Below are positions 37,416 to 49,874 of a stretch of 64,000 nt of DNA, piece by piece. The notes under the pieces were generated by a model. It searched no databases, was not told the origin of the DNA, and saw nothing but the letters and a program-made list of their open reading frames with translations. Position 1 is the first letter of the stretch. Each line of letters opens with the position of its first letter. This DNA is from Oculina patagonica (Eukaryota): positions 34,038,001 to 34,102,000 of the forward strand of contig NC_135759.1 of assembly GCF_052425735.1 (NCBI RefSeq). The letters run 5' to 3'. Position numbers and translations under genes: made by a program.

Positions 37416-38846
37416 CTACCGTTCGTATTTTCCTCTGCGGGCTTCATGATGCTTGGCAGCATGTGTTAGTTTCTGAGGTTCTGTTTGTGGCCGTTCGATT
37501 GGCTGAAGCCGAAGCTTTGGAAAGTACGAAAATGTGAAAGATCTCGAGATAGAATTTGCAAGAACAGCCGAGTGGTAACTTTCCCAGAGCACTAGGTTAC
37601 GTTCGCGCTTTTTCTTTGCTTCTTCGACTCTCCTTTGCCTATCTACAGCTTCCTTCTCTTTCCGCTCAGCTTCAAGTTTCCTAATCTCCTCTAGCCGTTT
37701 TCTCTTTTCTTCTTGTCTCTGTTGCAATTTCTCAGCGTTTTTCAGACTTTTGATATTTCGCCGCTCTTCTTCCAGTTGGATGTCGAACTCTTTTTCCTTT
37801 TCTTCAGTGAAGGTCAGGGCGCGTTCAACATCCGTAGCTTGCTCATGTAAATTCCAGTGTGTCAACTCTGTTATTAAATGCTGCGCTTGAATTTTCTCGA
37901 TGTCTAAACATTCTTGCCTTTTACGCTGCTTTAGAAGATTGTTAGCTTTTGGACAGCCGTGCGCGCGTTTTCCTATCCAAATATCCTTTACCTTTGTGGA
38001 ATTTTCAAGAGAAGTGTCACTTTTCTTTGAGTTTGTCCAAGCGGCTGCGTTGTTTGTCTTCACTCTTTCAGTTTGCTTTTTACTGACAGCTTTTCTGCGT
38101 CCTGAGCTAATTTCATTCCTGTTTCTTTTTGCGCGCGTTTCTCGTAAAACCTTTCTTCCTTTCTTCACTATTTCTCGGAAATTGTTTCTCAAAGCTCTTT
38201 GCTTTTCTTTGATGTCTCGCTCGGTTTCTCGACGCTGATCAAATTTTTCACTAGAATTTATATTTTCTGTGCCATTTTCGGCAATCATGACAGAATTTTC
38301 CCTTAACATGGCTCGACCTGAAATTGATTCCTCGGCGGTATTTGCTTCACATCGAACATGATCATAAAAATTTGTATTAGGAGTTTCATCTGATATAAAC
38401 TTAGACTGAAATAGTAGTGTGGATAAACCATCTACTGTATCATTTCTATTGTCCCAAGTTGTGGTTTCGGATTTAAAACAGTCTTCATTTCTCTGACAAA
38501 TCTCTGCTGATTCGACAATTTTTTCAACAGGTCGTTTCACGCGACAGAACTCACTGTCAGTATAGTTCACAGCACTAGTGCCAGATGTCGAAGTTTCAGT
38601 TTCAGTATCGGATTCAAATGATGGAAGCGACAATTCTCTCGTGAAATTAGTGTCGCTCGGTTTTATCCCCTCTAGCTTTACTGGAAACGTTGGAGAAGTG
38701 AGTGACTCGTTACAGTTGAAGTATACGCTGTTATTTTCCACTTGTGCTCCAGGGCAGGTCAAGCTCTCGGTGTCTCCGTCATAAGATTCCGTAAGCGCTG
38801 AAAGTTTGCGGCTTACCAGTGTTGAAGAAGTTGACGGCCTGGACAT
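37416..38846 (-). CDS. Uncharacterised intronless charged-helix protein, SYF-tail paralog 1 (476 aa)
   Basis: Long open frame from ATG 38846; disordered S/T-rich N-half; E/K/R helix; ANSISRSFTFSYFPKL near the C-terminus. Confidence 0.82.
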   Translation of the reverse strand: MSRPSTSSTLVSRKLSALTESYDGDTESLTCPGAQVENNSVYFNCNESLTSPTFPVKLEGIKPSDTNFTRELSLPSFESDTETETSTSGTSAVNYTDSEFCRVKRPVEKIVESAEICQRNEDCFKSETTTWDNRNDTVDGLSTLLFQSKFISDETPNTNFYDHVRCEANTAEESISGRAMLRENSVMIAENGTENINSSEKFDQRRETERDIKEKQRALRNNFREIVKKGRKVLRETRAKRNRNEISSGRRKAVSKKQTERVKTNNAAAWTNSKKSDTSLENSTKVKDIWIGKRAHGCPKANNLLKQRKRQECLDIEKIQAQHLITELTHWNLHEQATDVERALTFTEEKEKEFDIQLEEERRNIKSLKNAEKLQQRQEEKRKRLEEIRKLEAERKEKEAVDRQRRVEEAKKKRERNLVLWESYHSAVLANSISRSFTFSYFPKLRLQPIERPQTEPQKLTHAAKHHEARRGKYER

Positions 38847-40637
38847 ATTTACTGACACTTTATGGGAAGAGTTAAACGCTGCAAGTTAGTCTCCAACTGA
38901 CGTTGTTTTTATACTGAAGACTTCTTTGGATTCTTTGTAGCCACAGACACTATAAGCAACAGCAAAACAACAAAGTTCCTCAGCATCTGAACAGTTTTAG
39001 TTCTAGTATCTCCGGCAAAAGCACCAGGTTCCTTCCTCAATTCAAAACAACAGGGAATACTTGCTTCTTTCTTCATTCAGCTAAGATATATGGGAGGATT
39101 TTCTTCTCGCGCCGAAGGGCGCACAAGAACCATTAAGGAAGAACATGCGGATTTTACACTTCCCTTCACCTGTCCGACCGAGATTTCAAGGTAAACACTG
39201 GAGTTCCACAACAACACGTCTTCTTCAAGCACCAATTTTTGAAAACATTTGGAAGGCTATTTAGCACAACAGAACGTCGATTTTTCAGCTGGGCTGTTTT
39301 ACTGTGATCATCCGTAACACTTCAGTGTGTAACATCAGATATAGATGTGTTTATCAACGCGATAAGAAAAACATGCGGACCTCTGTGGTGTATCGATGTT
39401 AATTTTGGTTTCCCGTTGCTTTGTTTGCGAGTTGCAAGACGTGCTCAGACGACATAACACCGAAGCTCAGCTGAAAGCTGTTCATATTTGATGAGCAAAG
39501 TTAGAAAAGAAAAATGACAAAGAACTGTTACCGTTTCCTAACTCATTATAATTATACTTTTTAGAAACGCCTAAATTTTTTGTGGCCACTGCTGTGAAAA
39601 TGGTGATAATTAAGATTTGCGTTGTTAGTCGAGCTGCGTCATTTGTTCGGAATCACTTGACATATTGTGATTTTGAAGACAATATTTTAACAGTGTATTA
39701 TTTAGAAGCATGTCTCGTCTTTAGTGTTTGAAATAAAAAACACGCATTTAAAATTTGTAACTCTGTGTATTATTGTAGATTGTATTGCATTATTGTATTA
39801 TTGCATGCAGCCCAGTGCTTGATTTTGTATCCATGCTCAGAAAGAACGAAACAAACAGCTTTCTTTTGAACCAAACAACAAAACTTGTACGTAATGCGCT
39901 CTTTAATTTATTAATGATGTTGAAAACACAAAGCGAGTAAACGATATATTATTTTATCTGTAACCTTCGGCCCAGATAAAAGATAATGACATATAATTAT
40001 TATTGGATCGGCACTAATCACCACTTAACCACAAAAGCAGCAAAGAAACGGGCTAAATAGATATAGAGAGTAAAGAATGTTTAATTGGTCACCTTCGGGA
40101 AGTAATAAGTTCGAAGCACTTATCAAACACAAAAGCATGAAGAATGGTTTTCTTCTCGAAAGGAAATCAGACAGCTAAAAACCAGACAGCTTCTAAGTAG
40201 GGTTTTTTGTATGATTTTTGATTTTATTGTAAATAGATTGTTTTTTTGTAAGAATTGTTTTAATTTTGGTTATAGTTTTATCTTTTGATTTGAGTAGGTC
40301 CACATCAGCTTTGTTGGAGATCTTTACAAAAATCCTGACTATATTTTGGTTGTTTCGTCGTTAAAGCTAACCAAAAAACGGTTTTGAATTTTTACGTGCG
40401 AAAAATGTCTCAATGAAATAAGGCCCGAGTAAAAATAAAAGTAACAAAATAAATTAAAGGACATGCGATGTTTAGCACCGCAGACATACTGGTAGCTAGC
40501 GCAGAGCCACCTTAACTTTCATGTGACCCAGACTCCTCTCGACCAACACTTGTTGCTATAGAATCTACACTCGTTCGAGCTTCGGGGAAGAATACATGAA
40601 TCGAAGGAAGGTTTCTTCCCAGTAATTCGCTTCCAAC

Positions 40638-41072
40638 ATGAATCAGATGGAACATAACGTCAAGATTAAAGACTACAAACGTTATGAAGCTCCAGGACCG
40701 TTTGTACGAACCGGCTACAGGCTAAACTATCCGCAAAACTACCCAAACGCGCAAGAGACGCGGCGGATGGAAGAACGATTCCAGACAATTCAGTGGCCGC
40801 GAAACAAAACCCTTGTTGGGCTCACGGATCAAGGAGATAGAATGAGGTTTACAAGAGACCAGCAGATAAGCGTTCTTACAAACCAAAGCGAAATTCTGAC
40901 CGATGTACAACATCATAGAAAAGTGCTTCTTGACACTGTCAAACGGAACGTTCACGTTGCTAGGGACGAGTTTGCACGTGAAGTTTACACTGGAAGACCC
41001 GGAGTTCGCGATATGCTGCGAGGAACTCAACCGCTTTATAAAGTCATTAACAATGGAACATTGTATGGCTGA
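40638..41072 (+). CDS. Uncharacterised 144-aa single-exon protein
   Basis: AACATG context; GC-richer coding-like composition within AT-rich flanks; AATAAA downstream (~41377, ~41412). No recognisable domain. Confidence 0.65.
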   Translation: MNQMEHNVKIKDYKRYEAPGPFVRTGYRLNYPQNYPNAQETRRMEERFQTIQWPRNKTLVGLTDQGDRMRFTRDQQISVLTNQSEILTDVQHHRKVLLDTVKRNVHVARDEFAREVYTGRPGVRDMLRGTQPLYKVINNGTLYG

Positions 41073-41588
41073 TGATTTGTCGACTTCAAGGATTAGATCC
41101 AGTGGTATTTTGTAGTTTAATTTTACATTCAGATAGCTAGACGTTTTGTTTACATTATGTTGATTAATATGTTATGTGTAAATGTAGTGAGAGCTAGTCT
41201 GCAAATTAGTCGAGTTTATGTTTTTCTTAAAATTGTTAACACTTGAAAGAACATCGAATGCTTGAGCTTTTAGACGTAAATAGTTGTATAAATATAAAAA
41301 GTGTGGTTCACCTTAAATGCAAAGAATGCTTTTACAGTGTTCAAACTTTAATATATTCAGAATTGAAAAGTTTATAATAAATTGTTAAATTTTAGAATTT
41401 TCTTTTGGGGCAATAAAACTTTAAAAGAAAATTTGTCGTCTACGATAACTTTTAGGACTTTTAGCTATAAAAATTTATTACCTATTAATTGCGTAACATG
41501 CCGAAGTTTCAGAAGCAGTATCCAAAGCTTTATAATGGGTGCTCGCTGGTGATGATTATTTATGCATGAGTTTGACTTTCATTTCTAA

Positions 41589-41778
41589 GGGGTGGTGAAT
41601 GGTCCTTCAAAAAGGCAAGTCTCGCAGAGTTTTAGCCAAATTTCAGGGCTCTCTTTGTCTTAAATTTTTCTTTGTTGCCTTCTTGGAGTCTCAATTTCTT
41701 TTGCAAGGCTAAAAAGGTCTTGGACTCGCAGAAAAGATATCAGTCTCGTAAAGTCTTGCAATAACCATTCGACACCCC
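41589..41778. mobile_element. MITE family, copy 2
   Basis: Colinear with 35348-35555. Confidence 0.7.
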
Positions 41779-43765
41779 TACTCTAGTACCAGCCTGTGAA
41801 GCTACATGGCAGTAAATGAGGAATAACTGTTTCTGGCTTTCCCCGCTTTCATTCTGTTAGAGCTCTAACTTCTATAGAGTTCAGGTTTGTCTGTGGATCT
41901 ACCTTTTGGGAATCGGACTGCTCAGTCATCAACAAAATATTCATAAACTGAACACTACCAAGTAGAGATCTTGTGTGCATGATATCGAGGAATTGCCCAT
42001 GAGATTTTACCATATAAATATAGTACAAGAACAATCGTCAGCACTTACTCTAGGCTATGCACATTATAACTGTCGTGCAGGTTTATTTCCCGATTCCTTC
42101 TAATAGCTGAATTATTGCTTTTATTGGTGTGACCTGGTGTGGGTCATAATAGTTGCTTAATTAGGGGGTAAACAATTATTTATTTTGAAATCAAGAGGTA
42201 ATAATTATTATTATTAAACCAGCTGGTTTTAATTTATATAAAGCAAAACTTGAGTGCTGGTAGACAATGTGTCTCTGATTAAATCAATTGTAGACACTGT
42301 CCTGGGATGGGGGGACATTTGGGTGGGGGTGCTCCGCTGGGATCTATGAACCCTTACCACGTCACTGCCCCAGAAAAGCTTAAATTTGTTAGCACCCCAT
42401 CTCATACTAGAGAGTTAAATTGTATACCCGTCTCAGACTCGAAGCGAACGGGATGTTTTCATTTTAAGATTTTCTTTATTGCAATACTACAGCATCCACT
42501 ATATATTTTTGATTACATTTCAAAACAACCTGAAGCAGAAAGTTATAAATTTGACATAATTTTTACTCATTTAGTGATCCCATCTCAGATTAAGGTGTTT
42601 TGGCCACTTTGGCTGTTCAAATCTCCCTCCCTCCCTGAAGGAGGTACTCCCTTAGATAAACAATATAGCAGTGTCAGATCTAGGGAAGGGCCCCCCACCT
42701 TATTTTCAGGCCAAACTTAGGCCCAAACGGTCGAGAAAAACTAATTTTGAGAGTGGGCCTCCCCCTTATAAATTATCAAGGTCTGGATGATCGGGGCTCT
42801 CACTTAGCCTAAGGTCTGGATCCGGCACCGTATAGGTATGTGTGAATCAAACTTCCATGTACATAATTTATGTGTTGGAAATCTTTTTTTCTTTTCTTTT
42901 CTTTTTTTCTTTTCTTTTCTTTTTTTCTTTTCTTTGCCGCGCAGGCGAAGAAATGCAACACGAGTCGATAAACGTTTCATTAATCTTTATTGAGATATTT
43001 AGAGCGAAATGTAGTTTAGATATTTAATTTCCAGCGCTTTATTTCAGTAACCCTTATACATTTCAAAATTTCTTTTGTTCGTCTCATGTCCACAACAATA
43101 ATTAACCACGAACACATAGGGTGGTCTGCCTGTGCTCTAGCTGCCAAGGAGCATACAGCTTTGTCCAGCTGCTGGTTCGAGCTGGTGGATAAAACTCTAT
43201 CGATTCGGTTCAGCAAGTTTTGGTTATACAAATGGACGCTTCATCTACTGGCGGATTTCATTGATGAATGAAGGTTATCCGTTGGGAAACAACTTGAGGC
43301 TTGGGATTAGCGCGCCTTCGCTGAAGTGCGTCAGCGGCGCGGCAGAACCAAAATTTCAAGATGGCTGCTCTCTCCTGTCTCTGCAGCTCACCTGGATGCA
43401 AAGGAAAACAAATGCAAATGAGGCTTATCATGCATACAGAGAGAAACACATCTTGTGAACAGGGCCTTGGAAACAGGTAAGGATGATGCTTAAGTACATT
43501 TCCCCAACATTAACCTATTCCTTTAATAAAGTCCTAATCAAGGCAACTGTGTCGTCTTGGGTTGTCTTGCGTCTTTGTTCAGCTTCGTTTGGCCAGGAAT
43601 TGCATGTACTTGCATTTAATACTTGTGATGTCTTGAGTACTTTCACCAAGACCATCTCACGCAATTTTTTTAAAAATTTTTAACCGGTCCTGGACTGTAG
43701 CGCGTGTGCTAGCCAGCATTTACCAAAATTGCGTGGAAAGACTGTTTGACAACTTGCGCGCACTA

Positions 43766-43853
43766 CATTCTCGACCCCAGAGCTATTGTCTTTTTCACGT
43801 GACTGACGGCGACAAACCACGCGCAAAAGAGAAGAGCTCTGGGGTCGAGAATG
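43766..43853. repeat. Short palindromic MITE
   Basis: CATTCTCGACCCCAGAGCT / AGCTCTGGGGTCGAGAATG. Confidence 0.7.
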
Positions 43854-43878
43854 GCGCGCAATAGTGTAGTGTATTTAA

Positions 43879-44173
43879 TGCACCTATCAATGTTAAGCCC
43901 GAGGGGGGGGGGGGGGGGGGGTCGGGCTAACCACGGGCATTTGATCGTGAGGTAGGTCCCCAGGGTAGGGATTTTGATCGTACGTGATGGCCCCAGGGTA
44001 GGGATTTTGGTCATTTATAGAAGGTTTGAAGGACATCTGACCACTTTTCATGGGGATTTTGACAAATTATTTTGTCCCGGGGGTGGGGAATTTGACATTT
44101 TTTTATAGAAAATGTCAAAATCCCCACCCCTTGCCCGACCCCCCCCCCCCCTTCGGGCTTAACATTGATAGGT
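43879..44173. mobile_element. PIF/Harbinger-type MITE, right end clipped
   Basis: TAA|TGCACCTATCAATGTTAAGCCC ... GGGCTTAACATTGATAGGT; same TIR family as 29200-29699. Confidence 0.75.
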
Positions 44174-45582
44174 AGCCTGCGAGCAAAGCGAGCCGATAAG
44201 GGAATGGGGGAAGAATAAAAACTTTCTTTTCGCCCCATCCTCGACCGGACAGCCTGTTCACAGCTAGGCTGGTGTAATTTATACGCTTGTTTTAGCTCGC
44301 AAAACACGTTTAATTGCGCATAAGGAAACAATAAAAAAACATTGTACTAGTATAAAGTAATGGACGAGAAAAACAGAGTGGGGCAACAAATTGTACAACC
44401 CTCGTCAAAAGTGTTGACACGATTGTCAAATTTCTCTCCTCTCTCGTTCCCGTCTCAGTGTTCAGCTCCCCATCCTTATCCACGAAGGGTTCGACATTGA
44501 AAGGAGGTAGAGCTATAAAATGTTTGCATGTCGCATTGATAAAGTTTAAGCGTAAAGTGTCCGCATTTCTATCGTCTTTCGTTTAGCGTTCAAACAACTG
44601 TTGTCTACCAGGCTTGGAGGGAGAGTTAATGCGTCAGTTTGAGAAAATTGAAATTTATCCTGAAAAAACTTGTGATTAATTATTTCAGCAAAGTGTGAGG
44701 CTATCAAGAGTTCAAACTGCCTGCTCCCTCTCTTCACGAGAAATTATCGTGTGAACAGCTCAAAGAAATCATAATTTGATTTGCTTTTAGTCAAGTGTTT
44801 GTGTTCTGTTAGATTAGCATTTCAATCAACGTAAGTTGAAATCTCAACTATAGGTAACGTTTTCTTTGAAGAAAAGTACAGTATCTATAAAAAGCTATCT
44901 TGTTATATGCCTCACAGAGGGCGCTGGGCCTATTTTAAGCTATCCCTGGCCATTTAAACACCAGAGATACAATTCAAAGATGTAAAAAAAAGATACGATC
45001 TCGGGTAATATATATTCAGATTTTTTTTTTCAGCTATCAGTCAAACGCTATTCACACCGTCCTTACATATAAACATACTGTAAAGGACGATCAAGCGCTT
45101 TGCCTTGAAAGGGAAAATTATTCTTCACATTTGGCTTAAAAATATCGTAAAATGGTATGTTTTTAAACTGTTACCCTTTATAGTGTCTACTAAAACAACT
45201 AGACGGCGAGCCCTTTAAGCTTTTTTTTTTTCGCTGTGCGCCTTGCTGATTACTCGCTCATAGAAAATTCAGTCTCATTGATGACTGTTATCAGAAGTTC
45301 ATAATCCTTTGCACATGTGACATCTAAATTTACAGTAGCTATATTATACTATTATACATTTTTTAAACTATCTTGATCTATTTTGCAGCATAAATAAAGC
45401 TATTGTTTATGTACATTATTTGATTTTGATTGGCTTCAATCAAACACTTAATTAACAACGATAGCGTTTACTTGTGGCGTCATACCTATAAATAATATCA
45501 TATTCAACCTCATCCAACAGTTGTAAACTATAGCATAAGTCTAAAGAGCAAAGCCTTGTTTCAGTAACAAGCAATTAGAAAA

Positions 45583-46737
45583 TTATTTCTTTAAGGACGG
45601 AAAATATGAGAAGCTAAATGGCCTTGAAACACTTGTGTTAAACATGGATTCTTTGTACATCTTTTTCATCGCCATATCCCTCGCCATCTTTTTTAACTTG
45701 GTCATTTCTCGTTCTCTTCGTTCTCTTTCCTGTCTCTCCTTCTCAAGCCTTTCCCTTTCTTCCCTTTCTCGTTCTTTGCGCTCCATCTCGGCCAAACATT
45801 CCTTCCGAACTTTCTGTATTTCGCTTTCTACAAGCTGTGCGGCTCGTCTTTTCGCTTTGACTTGATCTTCATGTAGTTGTGCACGGAATTTGTTCTCTGA
45901 TTCTTCCTTTCCTCTGAGAGCGTGCGTCAAGTCAATGGCAGATTCTGTTAATCCTAACGAGTAAAGCTCTACAATAATCTTCTGCACTTCCTCAGCTCTT
46001 TCAAGCCTTTTCACCTCGTGTTGTAACAGGTTTGCCACCTTGGCCTTTCCGTTCACTGTGGTTAGCGCAGCAGCTAGACTGTGTTTCCTTCGTGCGCGAG
46101 CACGATCCAAGTCTGACTGAATCTTTCGGAGCGAAGCGAGTTCTTCAGAATGCGCCCTACTTTTGTCGTACTCGCTGTTCTTTCCTTTCCCTTCCTTTTT
46201 CCGTTGTGCTCGCTCTTGTATAATCATCGCTTGCTGCATCTCCGCTCGTTCTTCTAACCTATCAATGGAAACTTTCTCAGCTTCGATGCGGGAAGCGATG
46301 AGTTGCGATCTTGCTTCGTCGATTACAGATTTAAACTTTCTGCGTGTGTCATTCTTTTTCGAGGCGGCCTCGAGTCGTATTCTTCTGAGTTCTTTCTTTA
46401 ACACTTCTTTTGCTCTTTGGCGAATTTCTTTTTCCGAAGTTATGGAAAGCTGTATATTACTTTCCTCTTTGTCGCCTTGTTTACGTTCATTTTCGCTACT
46501 CTCTTCCTCGTTCTCGTTCCCATCTTCTTCTTCGTCTTCTTCTTGAAGCGCCATATCCTCTAAGTCACTGTCTATATCAGGACTCAGTGAACTGGTGCTT
46601 GTTATGAGAGAAAACGTTTCTGATCCAGTGAGACTTCTCCTCTTTGTCCCTTCGATTTTCGGTAACACAAGGCGTGCATTGTTGTTAAAACCTGCGGCCG
46701 CGTCTTTTTTAAGTTCCACTTTGTCTTTACGTTCCAT
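45583..46737 (-). CDS. Uncharacterised intronless charged-helix protein, SYF-tail paralog 2 (384 aa)
   Basis: AAACATGG start; acidic patch; long E/K/R helices; ends NTSVSRPFSFSYFPSLKK*. Confidence 0.87.
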   Translation of the reverse strand: MERKDKVELKKDAAAGFNNNARLVLPKIEGTKRRSLTGSETFSLITSTSSLSPDIDSDLEDMALQEEDEEEDGNENEEESSENERKQGDKEESNIQLSITSEKEIRQRAKEVLKKELRRIRLEAASKKNDTRRKFKSVIDEARSQLIASRIEAEKVSIDRLEERAEMQQAMIIQERAQRKKEGKGKNSEYDKSRAHSEELASLRKIQSDLDRARARRKHSLAAALTTVNGKAKVANLLQHEVKRLERAEEVQKIIVELYSLGLTESAIDLTHALRGKEESENKFRAQLHEDQVKAKRRAAQLVESEIQKVRKECLAEMERKEREREERERLEKERQERERREREMTKLKKMARDMAMKKMYKESMFNTSVSRPFSFSYFPSLKK

Positions 46738-47749
46738 GTTTACGGTATAAAACCGCGTTAAAGTTGCGCGAACTTTACTTTCAATTCGTGTCTCAACGCA
46801 AACAGCGCCAGCGCATCAAGGAAATGTTTGAAAAATGTTTTTGTTCCTCTTTTTTCGTCGAACCAGGTTTTTATCTGTCGTGTATCTCAACAGAACTACT
46901 GGCCCAAATATTATTCTTCCTTTCAGTTATCGTCTTTTAATCTTGTCATTTATCTCCTCTCTTAGTCTCACGATTAAACATCAACATTTAACCAAAATTG
47001 ATGAGATTAGCTTGGCTTCAGCCAATAGCAAGCTTCATTTGTAAGGTGGTAACACGTCGAAGTGTTCGCTACTATAAAACTAAAAAAAGAAGGGCATCAA
47101 ATATGATAACTGGAATAATAGCCGTAGATACTAGAGGCTGTTGAAAACGATAATGAATGTCTAGTATTTTATTTTTTTAACGGTCTTTCGTAGTTTGGAT
47201 AAATAAGAGGTGATCACAGTTAATAATTATTGTTGTAAATAGATGTTGGGGTACATTCTTAGCATGATGTCTCGAGCGCTTTTTGGATGCTCCCCTTCCC
47301 TCTCCACTCTTTGCTTCTACTTAGTTGTGATCTCTTTTGCGGAGTAATTTCTTATGTACTTTCTTGTGTAGAGTAAACTGGCATAAGTAAAGTTTGTTAG
47401 TTTGTAATCTCACTACAAATAATGTAATCATGATGATATTAATTGAGTCTGTAATGAGAGGCTACATCTAGATATGCTTATCTCCGCATGGACAATAATT
47501 GGGCTAATCTTGAAGAGTCTGTCGCTGGGAGCCACACTAGCGTGTTGTTTATGTAAAATGTTCGAGCGGTACATCAGTTACTTATTGATGAAGCTATCGA
47601 AAGCAAGGATCCAAACCGTCTATCTTGAGATAAGATGGAATTCTTGAGTGATAAAACTATGTACAATCATAGTTAGTAGAGGTACAATGAAAACACGCCG
47701 TCTGACTGGCTTTCTTGTTACTGTAAACATGTTTATACCGGATCAGGTC

Positions 47750-48168
47750 CCGGGGGGGGGGGGGGGTATTCAAAAATATTTTATACGGGGAGGCTCCGCC
47801 CCAAGTTCTAACCCCTTACCCTTTTATATACCATTTTTGACAGAAATTGTACCCCTTTCATATACCTTTAACTGGAAAAAGGTACCCCTTTCATATACCT
47901 AAGAGACATGGCGTGGACTTAAAATAGGACGTTTTCTTGTCATTTTTATGTAGCGCTTAATAAATTAAAATAATACAGCCATAATTGCGTCTGTTCGAAA
48001 TATTTTTATTAAAGGCCCTTTTGAATAGCCAAATGACAGATTTCCATACCCTTTCATATACTTAAACTCGTGAAATCCCTACCCTTTTATATACCTGAAG
48101 CATGAAAAAGGTACCTCTTTCGGGCGGAGCCTCCCCGTATAGGGCATTATAGGGAGTACCTCCCCCGG
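47750..48168. mobile_element. Non-autonomous DNA element with clear TSD
   Basis: CCGGGGG... / ...CCCCCGG ends; GATCAGGTC duplicated at 47741-47749 and 48169-48177 (9 bp, or 7 bp if the ends extend by one). Related fragments occur near 21700-21810 and 42300-42660. Confidence 0.8.
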
Positions 48169-48680
48169 GATCAGGTCACGCCAAATTTATTGCTTTAATT
48201 TTATGATTGCGTGTGTGAGAACTCAAGCCTGTTTCTCAGTCAGGTTCACTGGACACACTTTTTGAGGTCACTCTCAAACTAAATCTTGTGTCTGTAGCAG
48301 GCTGAGTATTACGAATATGCGTGTTCTATCGCTATTTTGATTCTTGGCTAACCAGACAATCATAACAATTTAATTGTTAGAGAACTAATGAGAATTTCAA
48401 TTTTATTAAAATTTTTGAACCTGTCACAGTCTTAAATGGCAATTATTTTAACCACAACAGATAACGACGATATTATCCTCGGAAGTCTGCACGGAATGGT
48501 ATCAGTTTGTAACCATAGCAAGCAGGTAGTTACAACATAACAATTGCCCTTCCAGGTGTTGATTTAATTGTTACCAATGTGTTGTGGTTAAGAAAACTCT
48601 GCAGGTTACAAACCTGCAGATCATTAGTGTGTTTGTTTATGTTGTAGAAGACAGCCACGAGAACTCGTGTTGAAACTGAA

Positions 48681-49874
48681 CTATTTGCGTATTGGAGGAG
48701 AAAAATAGGTGAATGTATGCGATTTTGAGATCCTTGAATTTAACAGAGTTTGATCAAAACTTCGCCTCAATGCCTGATTGTGAGCTTTACGCGCCAAAGC
48801 GGCCATCACTCGCTCGCGCCTTTCCCTCTCCTCCCTGGCTTTTCTTTCTTTCTCTAGCCTCTCCATCTCGGCGATTCTTTTCTTACGCAACTTTTGTACC
48901 TCTTCTTCCTTTTTCTTTAAAGCCTCGATCCGCGCTTTACTCCTCTCTTCCTTCAATTGGATGCGTAATGAAAAGTCTGCCTGCTCTTTTGACTGTATTG
49001 AGAGGTGCAGGGAGTTAGCTTGCTCGCTTAACCCAAGACGGTTCAAGTCTTGAATCAGGTTCTGAATTTCATCGATTCTCTCAAGTTTGCGTATCTCCGT
49101 TTGCATAAGTTGCTTTATTTTTCCTTTCTTCTTTAAATTAAGTAATGAGACAAGTCCGGACGAAGTCTTTCGTCTTGCCCGAGCTCTGTCTAAATCTGAT
49201 TGGATTTTTCGCAAACTAGCCATTTCTTCCATTTGTTCTCGGACCCATTTACTGCCAGCGCCAGAGTTGTGTTTAATATCTATCTTCTGGTCTTTTTCGT
49301 TTAATATTTGCCACCTTCTTAAAGATCTTTTCTTCATTATTTCGTTCTGTTTTTCTTCTGCTTTCTCTTCTAATTTATTTACGGCCTCTTTCTCCCCGTT
49401 AACCCGAGCTTCTACCAGCATTTCACGCGCGTTGTCTATTACTTTCGTAAACTTCTTTTTTATCTTCAACTCTTTAGCCTTGGCATCTTGCCAAATCTTT
49501 TTGAAATCTTCCCTGAACTTTTCTTGAACTCGATGTTCGATCTCTTGCATATCTTTCTCAGTGAGCATGTACTCTTCCGCTTTTGTACCAGAGGAAAGTT
49601 TTTCATCATTCCGAAATTCATCGAAATCTTCCAATGAGAATTCGGAGGTTGAAATGCTTTTTTCGTCCTCGTGGCTATAGCTGTTGGAAACAGGGGACAA
49701 GCTTTCTGAGTCGCCATAAGCAGAATCTATACTTGGCAGGTTAAAGCTGCTGGTTTTCCGTGAATTTGCTTGACAAATTTCCTTGCCTGGAGTTTTCCCA
49801 TCTTCAAATACATTTCTTCTCTCATGTGCTTCATAAATGTCCGCCAGTAGCGGTCGATTGCGCGTAAACGACAT
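48681..49874 (-). CDS. Uncharacterised intronless charged-helix protein, SYF-tail paralog 3 (397 aa)
   Basis: Alignable by eye to paralog 2 over the C-terminal two thirds; ends NSRISKSHTFTYFSPPIRK*; AATAAA on the - strand at ~48402. Confidence 0.87.
   Translation of the reverse strand: MSFTRNRPLLADIYEAHERRNVFEDGKTPGKEICQANSRKTSSFNLPSIDSAYGDSESLSPVSNSYSHEDEKSISTSEFSLEDFDEFRNDEKLSSGTKAEEYMLTEKDMQEIEHRVQEKFREDFKKIWQDAKAKELKIKKKFTKVIDNAREMLVEARVNGEKEAVNKLEEKAEEKQNEIMKKRSLRRWQILNEKDQKIDIKHNSGAGSKWVREQMEEMASLRKIQSDLDRARARRKTSSGLVSLLNLKKKGKIKQLMQTEIRKLERIDEIQNLIQDLNRLGLSEQANSLHLSIQSKEQADFSLRIQLKEERSKARIEALKKKEEEVQKLRKKRIAEMERLEKERKAREERERRERVMAALARKAHNQALRRSFDQTLLNSRISKSHTFTYFSPPIRK

Noticed and set aside
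45900-46000. Death-domain assignment for the shared LxxLGLxExAxxL helix
   Set aside because: Only one helix pair resembles the end of a death fold; the preceding helices and conserved Trp residues are absent.
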